Origin: Cyanophora paradoxa CCMP329 | Lineage: Eukaryota; Plantae; Glaucophyta | Length of the DNA stretch: 64,000 nt | Assembly: GCA_004431415.1 (NCBI GenBank) | Contig: QPMI01000409.1 | Span: 124,001-188,000 of the forward strand | Direction of reading: 5' to 3' | Shown: piece after piece, positions 1-12,226 of the stretch | How the letters are laid out: each line of letters opens with the position of its first letter | How positions within the stretch are numbered: the first letter of the stretch is position 1 | Made by a program: the position numbers and the translations under genes | The notes under the pieces: generated by a model | The model's database searches: none | The model's input: only the letters and a program-made list of their open reading frames with translations | Told to the model about the DNA's origin: nothing

Positions 1-3000
1 GGCTCTAAGAGGGCGTCCACGGCGGGCAGGCGGAGGGCCCGCCCCCAGCTCGCGTACTCCGTCATGTCCCTGCCAGGGCGTGAGAAGAGGCGGGGTACAG
101 GGGAGCTGGGGCGAGGGGTACCGGAGGAGCTGGAGGCCGCCGGCGGTGGAGAAGGTGAAGCGCTTGATGTGCGCGATGATGAGCCTGTGGGGCGGTCGGC
201 ATTCGAAAAGGTGCACCCCGACTGGCCGGGAGGGCAGGCACCTCTGCAGGCGGGATGCGAGCTGCGCAAGGAGAGCGGGATGAGGTGAAGCGAGGGAAGG
301 GCGGGGGCGGGGGCACCTCGGTGAGGAAGGAGGCGCGGTTGTCCCCGTCGAGGTTGGCGGACACGAGCCGCGCCTGCAGGAGAGGAGGGTGAGGGGAGAG
401 GGCCGGGACTGCGTGCGGAACAGATCCGGAGAAGGGGGCCGCGCCTGCTGCGCGAGGACCTCGACGGCGCGCCCGCAGGCCGGGGTCGGCTCGTTGTTGG
501 AGAAGGCGGCGTCGGGCCCCGCGCCGCCCTTCTCGCCCTCCTCCCGCGGCCTGAAGTCCCGCGGCCGCTGCTCGTTCTGCAGGATCGAGCGCACGTGCGC
601 CAGCACGCCTGCCCCGCGAGCGAGCGAGGGCGCCGCCTAAGCGAAAAGAGACTGCGCGAGAGGCGGGGAGGCGGGGCACCCTCAAGGGCGCGCTCGAGGG
701 CGGCGAGGACGAGGTTCTCGGCGGTGGCGACGAGGGCGCGCCGGTCCGCCACGCAGCTGCGCGGGCGGGGCCCCCGGGGCTCAGCGCGGGAGGCCGCGGA
801 AAGGCGCGGGGCGGGCGGGCCTGGTGTGCCAGGAGACGAAGCCGGCGACCTGCGGCTGGACGGCCGCCACGAAGTGCCGCAGCGCCGCGATCAGCGCCGC
901 CCCGCTCCCCCGCGCCGACCGGTACACCTGTGGCCCGCCCCGCGCCCCGCCTCAGACGAGGGGCCCCGCCCGACGCCTCCTCGAGCCAAGCGCCGCCCCC
1001 GCCCACCTCGAGGTAGGCGTCGGCCTTGCCGCGGGACGCCTCGCCCCGCTCCACCACCCTGGAAGCGGATGAGGGATGAGGGAGGGGCAGGGAGGAGCGG
1101 GTGAGGGGCGCGGCGCGGCGCACGCGCTCATGGCGGCGGAGAGGTAGGCCCCGACCGCCTCGGTCAGCGCCCGGTACGCCATGTGGCTGTGCCGCGCCCT
1201 GCCGGCCGAGAGAGAGTCGGGGAGGGGTGCGGGGGGACGAGGGGGCGGGGGGACGCGCTGGGGCGCACAGGGCGGCCTCGTCGGCGAGGGCGCGGCAGCG
1301 GGCGAGGGCCCCGCGGCTCGTCTCCACCAGCGCCTCCACCAGCTCCGGCGAGACGAGGGGCCCCGAGGCCGCCCCCGAGGCCGCCAGCGCCTCGGGCCCC
1401 GCCTCCTTGCTCTTCTTCTTTTTCTTGCGCCCGCCCGGGGGCGCCTCGCCCTGCGCGCCTCCTCTGCTCGGCCCGCGCCTTCCTTCCTCTGCTCGGGGGC
1501 CCGGGGGGTACGCACGCGGGCCTGGAGGAAGGCGGCGACGCGGGCGGCGTGCGAGGCGCGCAGGTGCGCCTCCTCCTCCTCAAAGTACCTGCCCGAGCCT
1601 CAGGCCCGCGCCCCGCCCAGGGCCCCCGCCCCGCGCGGCGCACGCCGCCCGCCGCGCCGCGAAGAGGCCCCCCGCGAGGGCCACCAGGGGCCCCGCGGGG
1701 CAGCCGGCCGCCCCGGACAGCTGCACGCAGGGCCTGAGGAGGAGAATGGAGGGGAGGGGAGAGGGGAGGGGAGCTGGGCGGGCGGGCGGGCCTGCTTCGC
1801 GAGGTCGAGGGTGCGGGAGTAGGCGGCGGAGAGCACCTCGAGGCGCCCCAGCCCCAAGTCCCCCGCCTCCGCCCTCCCCGCCCCTTTCCCCGCTCCCCGC
1901 TCCTGCCGGGCAGCCACGCTGAGGTCGCGCGACAGGAAAGAAGGCGGGGCGGCGTGCCCCCCGCCTGGGCTTCTCGGGGGTCTCCGCGGGGCCCTCGGCG
2001 CCCTCCTCCTCGCCCTCCGGCTCCTCCTCGGACTCGGCGAGCGGCTCCGGCGCTGCGGACGCCGCCGGCGTTGAGAGCCCGGGGGGTACACTGAAGAGCG
2101 CGGCCGCACCCTCGGTGCCCTCGAGGAGCGCCTCGACGAGCGGGGCGACCTGCCGGGCCCCCCGCGTCAAAGCCGAGCGGGCGCGGCCTCAGCCAAAGAG
2201 CGGCGCACCCGCTGCTCGAGGACGCGAGCGGCGAGGGCGGCCGCGACCTTGTCGGGGCCCGGGAAGACCTGCCGGTCCGGGGCGTCAGGGCGAGCAGAGA
2301 AAGGGAGGGGGCACCAGCAAGGGGGGAAGGGGGGCGCCTGGGCGATGAGCTCGCCCTCGCGCCGCACGCTCGCGACGATCTCCGCGAAGAGCCGCTGCGA
2401 GGCGGGGCGGAGGGGGGGCGTCGCGCGCGCGAGCCGGGGCCGGGGCGGGGGCGGGGATCGGGGCCGGGCTCACGCGGAGGCCCTCGTCGGGGGAGCCGGC
2501 CTCCTCGAGGGCGCGCAGGTCCTGCCCCAGCGGGTCCGCCCGCAGGAACATCGGCCGCCGCCTGCGCAGAAAAGCACCTCAGGCTTCGGCCCCGTGTTTC
2601 TCGGCGGAACGGGGCCTCGGGCACCCGATGTGGACGGAGACGAGGGGCCCGCCGCCGTTCAGAGCGAAGGCCGCGTGCGCGACGCGCTGCGCGCGGCCCG
2701 TCAGCTGGGGACACGGTGGCGGGGAGGGGGCGGCGGGCCCGCAGGGTGGGGAGGTCGGGCCCCTTGGAGGCGCGCTCGAACTCGCCGAGGAGCTTGGCCT
2801 CCATCATGTCCGCGAGCTCCTGCACCTTCCCCGCCGCCCGCGCCAGGGGGCCCTCTCGCAGCTCCGGCGCGAAGCTGTGCAGCCGCTGCACCAGCTTGCA
2901 GCCCTGCGGCGCCTCAGGCGGAGAGGCGGCAACGCGGGGGCGGCCGGCCGGCGGGCCTCGTCGATGCGGTCCGGGTCGGTGAAGACGGGGCGGAACTCGA

Positions 3001-3788
3001 CGTGCGTCTCGTCGTCGTTCAGCGCCAGCACGTACCTGCCCGGCGCGCGAGGGTTCACGCCGGCGCCTGCAGGCTCGCGCTCTTCCGGGGCGCACTGCAC
3101 GAGCTCGCGCGCCTCCTCCGCGCGCCGCCGCTGCGTCTCTACCATCTCCATCGTGTCCCCGATCCGCACCGCAACCTGCCCGGAGCGGTGGGCGGGGCGG
3201 CGCCGGCTCTGCCCGCCTCCTCCGCGCGAACCTCGCCCACGCCCGAGATACGCAAATCCAGCGCCTTAAAGTCAGCGAAGACACCCTGCGCGCGCGCTCG
3301 CTCGCTTTCGCGGGGCGACGTGTGCGGGCGACACGCCTGCAGGGAGCCGTCGAGCCGCGCCACGTGCTTCCGGTGCGTCGCCTCGAGCTCCTCCACCGAT
3401 TCGGCCATCCGCGCGTTCTTGCGGTCCACCTGCCGCCGCGCACGTCAGGCGCCGCTCGCCCAGCCCTCCGGTTGCCGGATTCGTGCGCGCCTGCCGCTCG
3501 AGGGCACGGAGCTCCTCCAGCGCATGCTCGAACGTCGCAGCGAGGTGATCGGGCTTGAAGCCTGCCGCGCGTTGGCGCTTGCCCTCAAGCGGGGACGCGG
3601 CCGCTCGAGGCGCACCGGGACCTGTCTCGAGTGCCTGATCCCAGAGGCGCTTGGAGACCGCACCAATGAACTCATCGGAGCGGAAGTTGTCCGCCTGCGC
3701 GTCGCTCACACGAGCGCATAGGCGGCAGCGCAGCGGCGGGACGCGCCTGGAAGTCCGCCGGCTCCCAGCCTTCTGTCTTCGAGCTCAT
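1..3788 (-). CDS. SEC10: Exocyst complex component Sec10/EXOC5 (multi-exon; 3' end runs off the window)
   Basis: Spliced peptides MSSKTEGWEPADFQ|ADNFRSDEF, VFADFKALDLRISGVGEV, RIGDTMEMVETQRRRAEEARELV, MEAKLLGEFERA and C-terminal RFTFSTAGGLQLLRDMTEY match Sec10 as remembered. Confidence 0.85.
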
Positions 3789-3979
3789 TCGCGCTGACGC
3801 AGGGCTCACAGCTCACGCCGCCCCGTCACACTGCGCGGGCGTTAGCTAAGAACCACGAGCGCGCCCGTGCGCCCACCACGCGCTTGAAGCCATCGCTCCG
3901 TTGCGTTCCGGCAGCGCTTCTGAATGCTGCCTGTATGTGATTGGAATTGGCCGCGGGGCTCGAGAAAGCGCCGAAGTGC

Positions 3980-4002
3980 CGCTTGAAGCGCCGCTTCAAG
4001 CG
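3980..4002. promoter_or_regulatory. Perfect inverted repeat (11-bp arms, 1-nt spacer) in the SEC10/ESF2 divergent intergenic region
   Basis: cgcttgaagcg-c-cgcttcaagcg. A half-site cgcttgaagc also occurs at 3881-3890. Regulatory function is inferred. Confidence 0.35.
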
Positions 4003-4363
4003 CGGCGACCGGGGATACTCGATTCCCTAGCCACAGGTCTCGGTCAGTGCCGCCCCCCTCAGCGCCGGAGCTTCCAGCGTGGCAGCGTCGTTAGCTACAG
4101 CTTTAATCCGAGCTGCGCGCCCAGCGACTCCTCCTCGCGTACGCGGGCGAAGGTTCTCGAGTCGTTCGCGCTTCTTCTCTCGAGTCGCTTCAGCACCAGC
4201 TCCGGCGAGGTCGATCTGAGAGCGCTTTTTAGCCTACAGAAACCCGCATCTGTGGTGCGCAGCTGAGGGCCCGCCCGATCAGCTGCTCGCGAACGGCGCT
4301 TTTTGCGAGCGCCGAGGTGCTCGCCTGCTTCCTCTCTAGCCGAGACGTCGTACGCCAGTCACC

Positions 4364-5505
4364 ATGAGCGAAAGCGAAACGGATCACAGCGTGGAGCAGT
4401 CAAACCCGAAGGTGCAGCCAAGTGCGCGATGTCGCCGAGCGCGCCTTGACGTGCCGCACGACCAGGCGCGCAAGAAGATGGTTTCAGAGAGTGAGAGCGA
4501 AACGGATCACAGCGTGGAGCAGCCGCAGCCGAAGGTGCAGCCGAGTGCGAGTTGCCGCTGAGCGCGTTTTGACGCATCGCGCGATCAGAGGGGTAAGAGG
4601 GCGATTTCGGAAAGCGATATCAAAGGTACGCGGCGTCCGCGAAGTTTTTGCGGTTTCAGGCGTCTGAATGTCGAGCCGCAGAGTTCGCCGACAAGGAAAA
4701 GGCCAAGGGCGTCATATACATCTCCCGTGTTCCCCCGCACATGAAGGTGCCCACTAACAGCTATTCTGAATTTGTGCGTGCAAAGCTCCGCTCACATTAT
4801 CGCAGCCCCAGAAAATCAGGCACCTCCTTGGACAGTATGGAGAGATTGGTCGTGTCTACTTGACCCCTGAGGACGAGAAATCCAGACAAAGAAGAGTCAA
4901 AACAGGGGGAAACAAGAAAAAGAACTTTGTCGATGGCTGGGTGGAGTTCATGGATAAGCGAATCGCAAAATCGGTTGCCATCTCACTAAACAGCACACCA
5001 ATGGGTGCGGCAATAAGCCACACATGTGCTTGCGCCTCCTCACGTGTCCTGCAGGTGGATCTAAACGCAGCTACTACCACGACGATTTGTGGAATATCAA
5101 GTACCTGTCCGGTTTCAAATGGCACCACCTCACTGAGCGTCTGGGTGAGTTGCATCCGATCAGAGCAACAAATTCACAGCTAAATGCACTGCAGCATACG
5201 AACGTGCCATCAAGGATGTCAAGATGAAACAAGAGATGACGCAGGCAAAGAAAGAGCGGGACTTCTATTTGGAGCAGGTGCAGAAGGCAAAGAGGAAGGA
5301 CAAGATCGAGGCAAAGGTAGAGAAGAAGAGGAAGGCAGTGCAGGCAGAGAACTCGGAGGCATCGGGTGACGATCATGAGGGCTTGTCTTCGAAACCGGTC
5401 CCCCCAGCGAAAAGGCCGCGTTTCTTCAAGCTGAAGGAGGAGGTTTCTGCGAAGGATGACGCTGCGAAGAAGGGAGCCCTCTCGAAGCTTCTCTTCGGTG
5501 GCTAG
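4364..5505 (+). CDS. ESF2: Pre-rRNA processing protein Esf2 / ABT1 (RRM)
   Basis: GVIYISRVPPHMK, YGEIGRVYLTPED, KKNFVDGWVEFMDKRIAKSVA, DDLWNIKYLSGFKWHHLTE; stop TAG ends at 5505. Confidence 0.93.
4367..4612 (+). repeat. Tandem duplication (period 123 bp) of an exon plus intron in the ESF2 5' end
   Basis: SESETDHSVEQxxPK is encoded twice, each copy followed by a similar 54-nt intron (4412-4465 and 4535-4588) starting gtgcagcc. Confidence 0.9.
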
Positions 5506-5536
5506 TGTAGTAGTGCAACAGTAGCAGTAGTAGCCT

Positions 5537-5607
5537 GGCTACAAGTGAGGGAATGTACACTGCGGCCACCGCGGCCGCGGGCCCAGCCCACCAGCGAACT
5601 GGCCGGC
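5537..5607 (+). repeat. Dispersed repeat, copy A (about 70 bp)
   Basis: ggctacaagtg..ggaatgtacactgcggccaccg..gccgc..gcccagcccacc is shared with 7649-7725. Confidence 0.8.
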
Positions 5608-6018
5608 ATGGCCTGCACGGCGTGGTGCTGCATCGCGTCTTGTGGTGGCGAGGGGGTCGTCTCGGGGCGGTGGCGGGAGCCCCTACGGGCCCTGGGAAGC
5701 CCTGAACTCGGTTCCGATTTGGTTGGACGGGCTTGGACGGGCCGGGACTCCGGGGATTTATAAATATAATTAAAGTTTGATGGCTGCAACTTTACAAGTT
5801 AAGTGGACCCGTAACCGTTGAACGTGCACAGCCGGTCTCGAGCTCGGCAGAGCAGGCCGCGGGATAGCTGCTAGCTTGCACATGTTTACACTGAAAACAA
5901 TACCATACTGCATACTGCATCATGGCCAGGGCCTTTCATTTGGCTTGATTTGCATTCCATCACATAGCAGGTGGGGGAATGGTGGCAGTCGGAGCTAGCG
6001 CTGATCTGGAAGAGCGTG

Positions 6019-7105
6019 TCACTGCAGCGTGTTGATATAGCCCCATCAACACCAAGATAGAACAATATACACGCAAGCAAGCAAATCGTACCATCTCTCC
6101 ACACTCCGTGATCAGCACAGGCAACTTGGGCTTGTTGTTCTGTCCAACCGAAACGTTCTCTATCTTGCGGACTGTAAGCATGCCGTCGATGACCTTTCCG
6201 AAAACAACGTGCTTGTTGTCGAGCCAATCGCAAGGTGCGCAAGTGACGAAAAACTGAAAAGCAAGCAATCAGACAGGATTGCCCAGTTTCAAAAAGAGTG
6301 CTTGCCTGGCAGCCGTTTGAGTTCGGACCACTGTTCGCCATCGAGAGCAGGCCTGGAATAGTGTGCTTCAAGGTGAAGTTCTCATCTGGCATGACAGTTA
6401 GCCCCTGTACAGCTTGTGGCAAGGAGAAAAGCGAAAGACCCGGGAACTTGTCCCCATAGATGGACATCCTGCCCGTGCCATCACCTTTGACAAAATCTCC
6501 TCCTCTGAACAGTCAGGAAGTTAGACCAATCATGCTTCCGAGAACACGACAGCTGGATACAGCGCACTGGATCATGAAATCCTTGATCACTCTGTGGAAC
6601 GAGCACCCCTTGAAGCCAATCGGCACGCCTGACTTCCTGCGACACTGCATCTAACAGGAGCTAGGAAAAGAAGCACGTCTAGACGCGAGCGACACGCCGC
6701 CAACTCACTTGTATTCGCCTGTGCATAGTTGCCTGCGCAAGGGCCCTTAGCCAGCGCCCCCCGCTCCGCATGCGAGCGCAGCTTACCTGAAGTTCTCTGT
6801 TTGATGAGGAGAATGTTGAGAAGCGCGTAAGCGGCGCGGCCACCGTCAGCTAACGCGCGGCGGCGAACCTGCGGTCTTGGGAACTGGGCAACGTTAGCTA
6901 GACGCGCGGTCAAGAGCGTATGCACATGCAGCACACCTACGTCGGCGAAGAGCTCCATCTTTATCCTGCCAGCCGGATGCCCACCGATCTGGATGCAACG
7001 CGGAAAGCGCAGTGAGCCTTCGCGCATATGCACTACCGCTCGCCGCATCCTTGATCGCACCGATACATCGAAGAAGACGACTGGATTGCTCGGATTCGTC
7101 GCCAT
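6019..7105 (-). CDS. PPIH: Peptidyl-prolyl cis-trans isomerase H (spliceosomal cyclophilin)
   Basis: [97 protein letters not shown]; the last coding exon is only TGA. Confidence 0.92.
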
Positions 7106-7648
7106 GGACAAAGTGCGCTGTGGCGTGTTGCGCGCTCCTGACGCTTCCGAACTGCAATTGAACAAACTCGGCCTGTGACACGCGTCTACGGGTACAGCAC
7201 ACACTACGTGCATACGGCACGACTAGCCGCGAGCGCTGGCGACTGTCGACGCTGGCTGGCTCGAGCTCTAATATCGGCGAATGCTCAACTTGCTTAAGCT
7301 TGGAGCTGGCTGCAGTGAGTCGATGGTTGCTCTACCCCCCTGGGCCAGCTACAGCCTGCAGGCTGCAGGGGCACTAGTACTAGTACTGGTATACACTGGG
7401 GGCCTGTGGGGCTTCGGGAGGTGATACTAGTACTGATGCTATACGGCTTGCATATGAGTCGATGATATGACGAAGCTGGGCCGGGGGTATATATTGTATA
7501 GATACGTAGCTATAGGTGATCATGATCATGATGACCCATCATGGCATGGCCACGCGCGCCATTAATATTAGACGGACCGGTCCGCCAGAGTCTGTGTCTT
7601 GGTCTCCTGCTATCTGCATTTGGACACGAAATCAAGTCGCCAAGTCCG

Positions 7649-7725
7649 GGCTACAAGTGCGGAATGTACACTGCGGCCACCGAAGCCGCCCGCCCAGCCC
7701 ACCGGTACCAGCAAGCTGGCCAGCC
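7649..7725 (+). repeat. Dispersed repeat, copy B
   Basis: Direct-orientation homolog of 5537-5607. Confidence 0.8.
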
Positions 7726-7803
7726 GGGCCCTGCGTTGCTGGGCCCTACGCCGGGCAAAAGAACACCGCAAAAGCAGGATGTAAACGTACTCTCAATGCA
7801 GCT

Positions 7804-9947
7804 TTATGCAGGGGCAGAGGGTCCGAACACGCGAATTACGAAGTCGGCGCAGGCCGTGACGAGGGTGGGTTCTGTCGGATGGAAATAGGTGCTATAGACC
7901 CGGTCCGGGTGCTCCAGCTTCTGAATCAGCTCGCCCGTGCCAGCAGGGCCACCGACATCAAAGATGTACGCATTGGGGTCGGCAGAGCCAGTCGCAAGGA
8001 GGACTGTTGTGTGGATAGATGCATCTTGAGCTGGACCACCTTTAACATCATCGTCCGCTGAGCCTGGCACACCTGACGAGTCCTTGGAGCTGGAATGCCA
8101 CTTCCCCGTCGCTCGATCTGGAAGCAGCAGTGAGCAGAACGCAGACTCGAACAAGGCATATGTGGCTGACGTTCACGGCCATGGAAGAACGAAGACCGAA
8201 TGGGCCAGTTCCTGTTCTTATGTCCTCGCAGGGAGTGCATGAGGGTGAGTGGGGCCCGATGTGTTTGGTTCTGTTTCGCAGTTGAACAGCATAGTCACGG
8301 ATCAGAGACAGCAAGCGCACCAGAGCTCGCTGTGAAGCAGATGCGGCTGGCTGCATGCCTCGGTCATAGACCCGGAGAACTGGAAACGCCAATCAGCTGG
8401 AACTAGTTATTGCGCAAAATAAAGCTTTCACCGTTGTCATAGGAGTTGGCAGCGATGTATCGCCCATCGTCATCGACACATGGCATTGACGAGGTGTGAA
8501 GATAAGAGATTGGTTTCCCAACCTCGTCGTTCTTCCTCGACTCTGTGGACAGTCCCTGCCGACAGTCCCACAGCTTGATGTGGCCAGATTGGTCTCCACT
8601 TGTTAAGAACATGCCATCCTTGCTCAAAAATCTGATGTGCCAGACATAAGTGTTCAAATGAGATAATTCAAATTCAAATGCTTACATGGAATTGATGGTG
8701 CTGTCATTCTCCAAGCGTGATTGGCATGCTGCTCCAGCACGAAGGTCGTGCAGGCCAACGAAATTGCATGACGATGTCGCGGAGAAAACGAGGTTGTTAT
8801 CTGTCGATCAATGGAGAGAGTTATGTGAGGCACTGTGCACAGAGATTGGGCAGCACGGGCGGTGCTGCAGACCTTGAGGAGCAAATGAGAGAGACTGCAC
8901 AAAACCAGGGACTTCAAAGGCTTGCACCAGTTTGCCAGTTGCGACATCCCACAAGCAGCAACGCTTATCGTAGCCACCAGAGAGCATCAGGCTGTAGACA
9001 TCATGAATACGAGGCTACAGAGCAATAGCATGCATATGGGTGCAGACCTTGATGATGGCGTCCACGCAATCTCGGACACGATGTGCTGGTGCTCGGACAA
9101 GCAGAAAAGCTGAACGGAGACGATTGGACACATGGCGATGACAAGACCGAGAGGCGCAGACCTCGGTGGCCCGATCGCCCTCGAGAGAATGGAGACGGGC
9201 AGTTTTGTCAAAGGAGCCGCTGGCAAGCCAGCGGCCACAGGGCGAAAACCTCGCGACGTAGACAGCGCCCTTGTGCGCCCGGATATCCATCCTGTGGCTG
9301 AAAGTCCTGCTGTCGAATCGCCCTGAAGTACGTACTGCGGACAGAGCAATAAGAGGGCTTCAAAGCTATGTCGTGGACTCAACAAACGCACCACCGCCCG
9401 TATCGACTTCATCGACTTCATTAACGTGTCGCACATTCTCGAGGATGTCCGATGGAAGGTCTAGGGACGCGTCGTCCACGACGGAATCGAGGGAGAAGGG
9501 CTGCGCCTTGACACCCGCCGACTGGTACAGCGCGTTGTAGCTAAGCTTTGTTAGCGAGAGCCGCGTTCAGAGCACTGCCCCGCGCACCGAATCGAGAGCT
9601 CGTAGATGGAGAGCTTCAGCGCTTTGTTCTCGCGCTCCAGTAGCTCGAGCTTCGACTTGAGCTGCGCGCGCTATCGCTCAATGCGAATCCTAGCTGCCTG
9701 TAAGCTGCTCGCACCTGCTTGTTCTCGCGCTGGAGGTTGTCGACCTCGCGGGAGCTCTCGCGCTGGAAGAGATTCATTGCGCTCGCGCCTCCGAGACGTA
9801 TCTGCAACTGTGCGCGGACGACCGCACGCTGCGTGGGCCGCGAATGATGCGCCGCGCGCCGCGCACTGCTTCGCTGCTGGGCGGCCTGGCCAGGCTGGTG
9901 ACCCCCACCGTGACCGTGAATTGGGGGTACAGTTCGTTCTGTTGCAT
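7804..9947 (-). CDS. WD40-repeat protein with N-terminal coiled coil (start at 9947 or 9777)
   Basis: LKSKLELLERENKALKLSIYEL; AHKGAVYVARFSPCGRWLASGSFDKT; LTSGDQSGHIKLWD; LRGHKNRNWPIRSSF; LEHPDRVYSTYFHPTEPTLVTACADFVIRVF. Confidence 0.88.
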
Positions 9948-9950
9948 CGT

Positions 9951-11934
9951 ATGGAGCGCGAGGGGGACGTTGAGCGCCGCGGGCTGGCGGAGGAGCAGAG
10001 CGCGGACCTTCACAGCGAGGTGACTGCAAAGCTCGGCGCTGCCGCGCTCCGCCGCTCTGAACCCGAGCTCAGATTGCGAAGCTCGCGAAGGAGGTGCGGG
10101 GCCTCGAGAGTCATGATTTGCGGTGCGAACCTAGCACTGCGGCCGCCGTAGGCGCGCGAGCGCGGGAACTGCTCTCAGCGCGCCTCGCATGCAGGGCGGA
10201 GGTGGCCAAGCTGCAGGAGCAGCTCCGTTCGATGACGGCCGCTCTTCAGTCGTCGACCGCTCAGATGGCCGGCCTGCGAACGTAAGCCGTTCGGACCGCG
10301 CGCCACTCTCCATTTCGAATGTGGGCGCTGCCGCAGGACGCCGGCCCGCGGGAAGATCGAACAGATGAGCTCGGAGGTCAACGACAACAACCCCTACAGG
10401 CGCGCTGCGCCCCGCCGCTCACTCCCATGTGCCTGACTGCCCGAGCAGCCGCCTGATGGCCCTGAAAACGATGGGTGTCGTGAAGGACTACGAGGCACGC
10501 GTATTCAGATGCTCTGAGCCGCGCGGAGAGACTGCACGCTCACAGGCGGCCGCGCGCAGAACATTCGCAAGTACAGCGTGGCCATCGTCGGCTGTGGCGG
10601 GGTTGGCAGCGTGGCGGCGGAGATGCTCACGCGCTGCGGCATCGGCAAGCTGCTCCTCTTCGACTACGACCGCGTCGAGATCGCTAACATGAACCGGTCC
10701 GCCCGCGCCGCCCCCGATTTGCCCCGGGCTCACGCCTCAGGCGGCCTCCGCGGCAGGCTCTTCTTCCGGCCGGAGCAGGCGGGGATGTCGAAGGTGGCGG
10801 CGGCGCGGCAGACCCTCTCGCACATCAACCCGGACGTGGTCTTCGAGGAGCACCACTACAACATCACGACGGCGGACCACTTCGACAAGTTCCTCCACGC
10901 CATCCAGCACGGCGCCCTCGACCAGCGCGGGCCCGTCGACCTCGTCCTCTCCTGCGTCGACAACTTCACCGCCCGCATGACCATCAACACGGTACCCCCG
11001 CCCTCCTTCGCCCTCCGCTTTTTCCTGCGGCTGACGGGGGTACAGGCGTGCAACGAGGCGGGCCAGACGTGGATGGAGTCGGGCGTCTCGGAGGACGCGG
11101 TCTCCGGCCACATCCAGGTCCTCGTACCCGGCCAGACCGCCTGCTTCGAGGTCCGCCCCGCCTGCCTTTGCCGTACCCACCCTCCACCCCCCTGAACCGC
11201 TGGGAACTGGCAGTGCGCGCCGCCGCTCGTGGTTGCCTCCGGGATTGACGAGAAGTCTCTGAAGCGCGAGAACGTCTGCGCCGCCTCGCTGCCCACCACG
11301 ATGGGCATCGTCGCCGGTCTCCTCGTCCAGAACACGCTCAAGTGCGCCGCGAAGCTTCGTGCATTCTTTCCACACGCTTTCCGTGTTTCATGTCCACCGC
11401 GCGGCAGGTATCTCCTCCGTTTCGGGAACGTGACGCCGTACCTGGGGTACAACGCGATGAAGGACTTCTTCCCGACGATGTCGCTGAAGCCGAACCCCGC
11501 CTGCTCCAACCGCTTCTGCGTCACCCGCCAGAAGCAGTACCTCGTGCGGCCGCCGGCCCCGCCCCGTCCCCCGACCGCCGTCGCTAAAGCTCGCCCCGCT
11601 GCAGGCGGAGCTCGCGCGGAAGCCCCGCGTAGTCGAGGCGGCGAAGGTCGAGGCCAAGCCCGTCCACACCGAGAACGAGTGGGGTACACGCGCCTGGCGG
11701 CCGCCCTCCTGTCCATTCCACCGAGTCGTTTTCGGCGCAGGGATCACGGTGGAGGAGGCGAGCGAGGGGAGCTCGCTGACGAGCCTGCCGACGATTGGGG
11801 CGCTGCCGGAGGGGATCCAGGCCTCGTACGCGGCGCAGCCGCTGACGCCGGCGATGGAGGCCGCCAGCGTGCAGTCCGTCACCGACGACCTCGGCGACCT
11901 CCAGAGGCGCCTCGCCTCCCTCGGCAGGAAATAG
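9951..11934 (+). CDS. UBA5: UFM1-activating enzyme (E1) UBA5
   Basis: [61 protein letters not shown], catalytic [14 protein letters not shown]1-interacting ENEWGITV, C-terminal DLGDLQRRL. Start codon is approximate. Confidence 0.95.
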
Positions 11935-12226
11935 GCCCGGGCGCTCGCCTGCACCCGCCTACAGATCTCGAGTTAACGTTTGCTTTCCGCGATCCCGAGC
12001 TCGAGGGACCGGCCGCGGACTGAGCAGCGCTAGCAGCAGCGCATGCAGAGGGGGAAAGAGGGGGGGGGGAAGGGAGGGGGGGGAGTCGACGGCGGGAACT
12101 CAAATTCGTGGCCGCGGCTCGGCAGCTAAGAGCCCCACGGCCACCGCGGCGCGCATGGCATTTCATTAGCGAGCCCTTGATTCGCTCAGCGCAGCGTGGC
12201 CGCACCCGGTCCCCGCGCGCCGCGCC

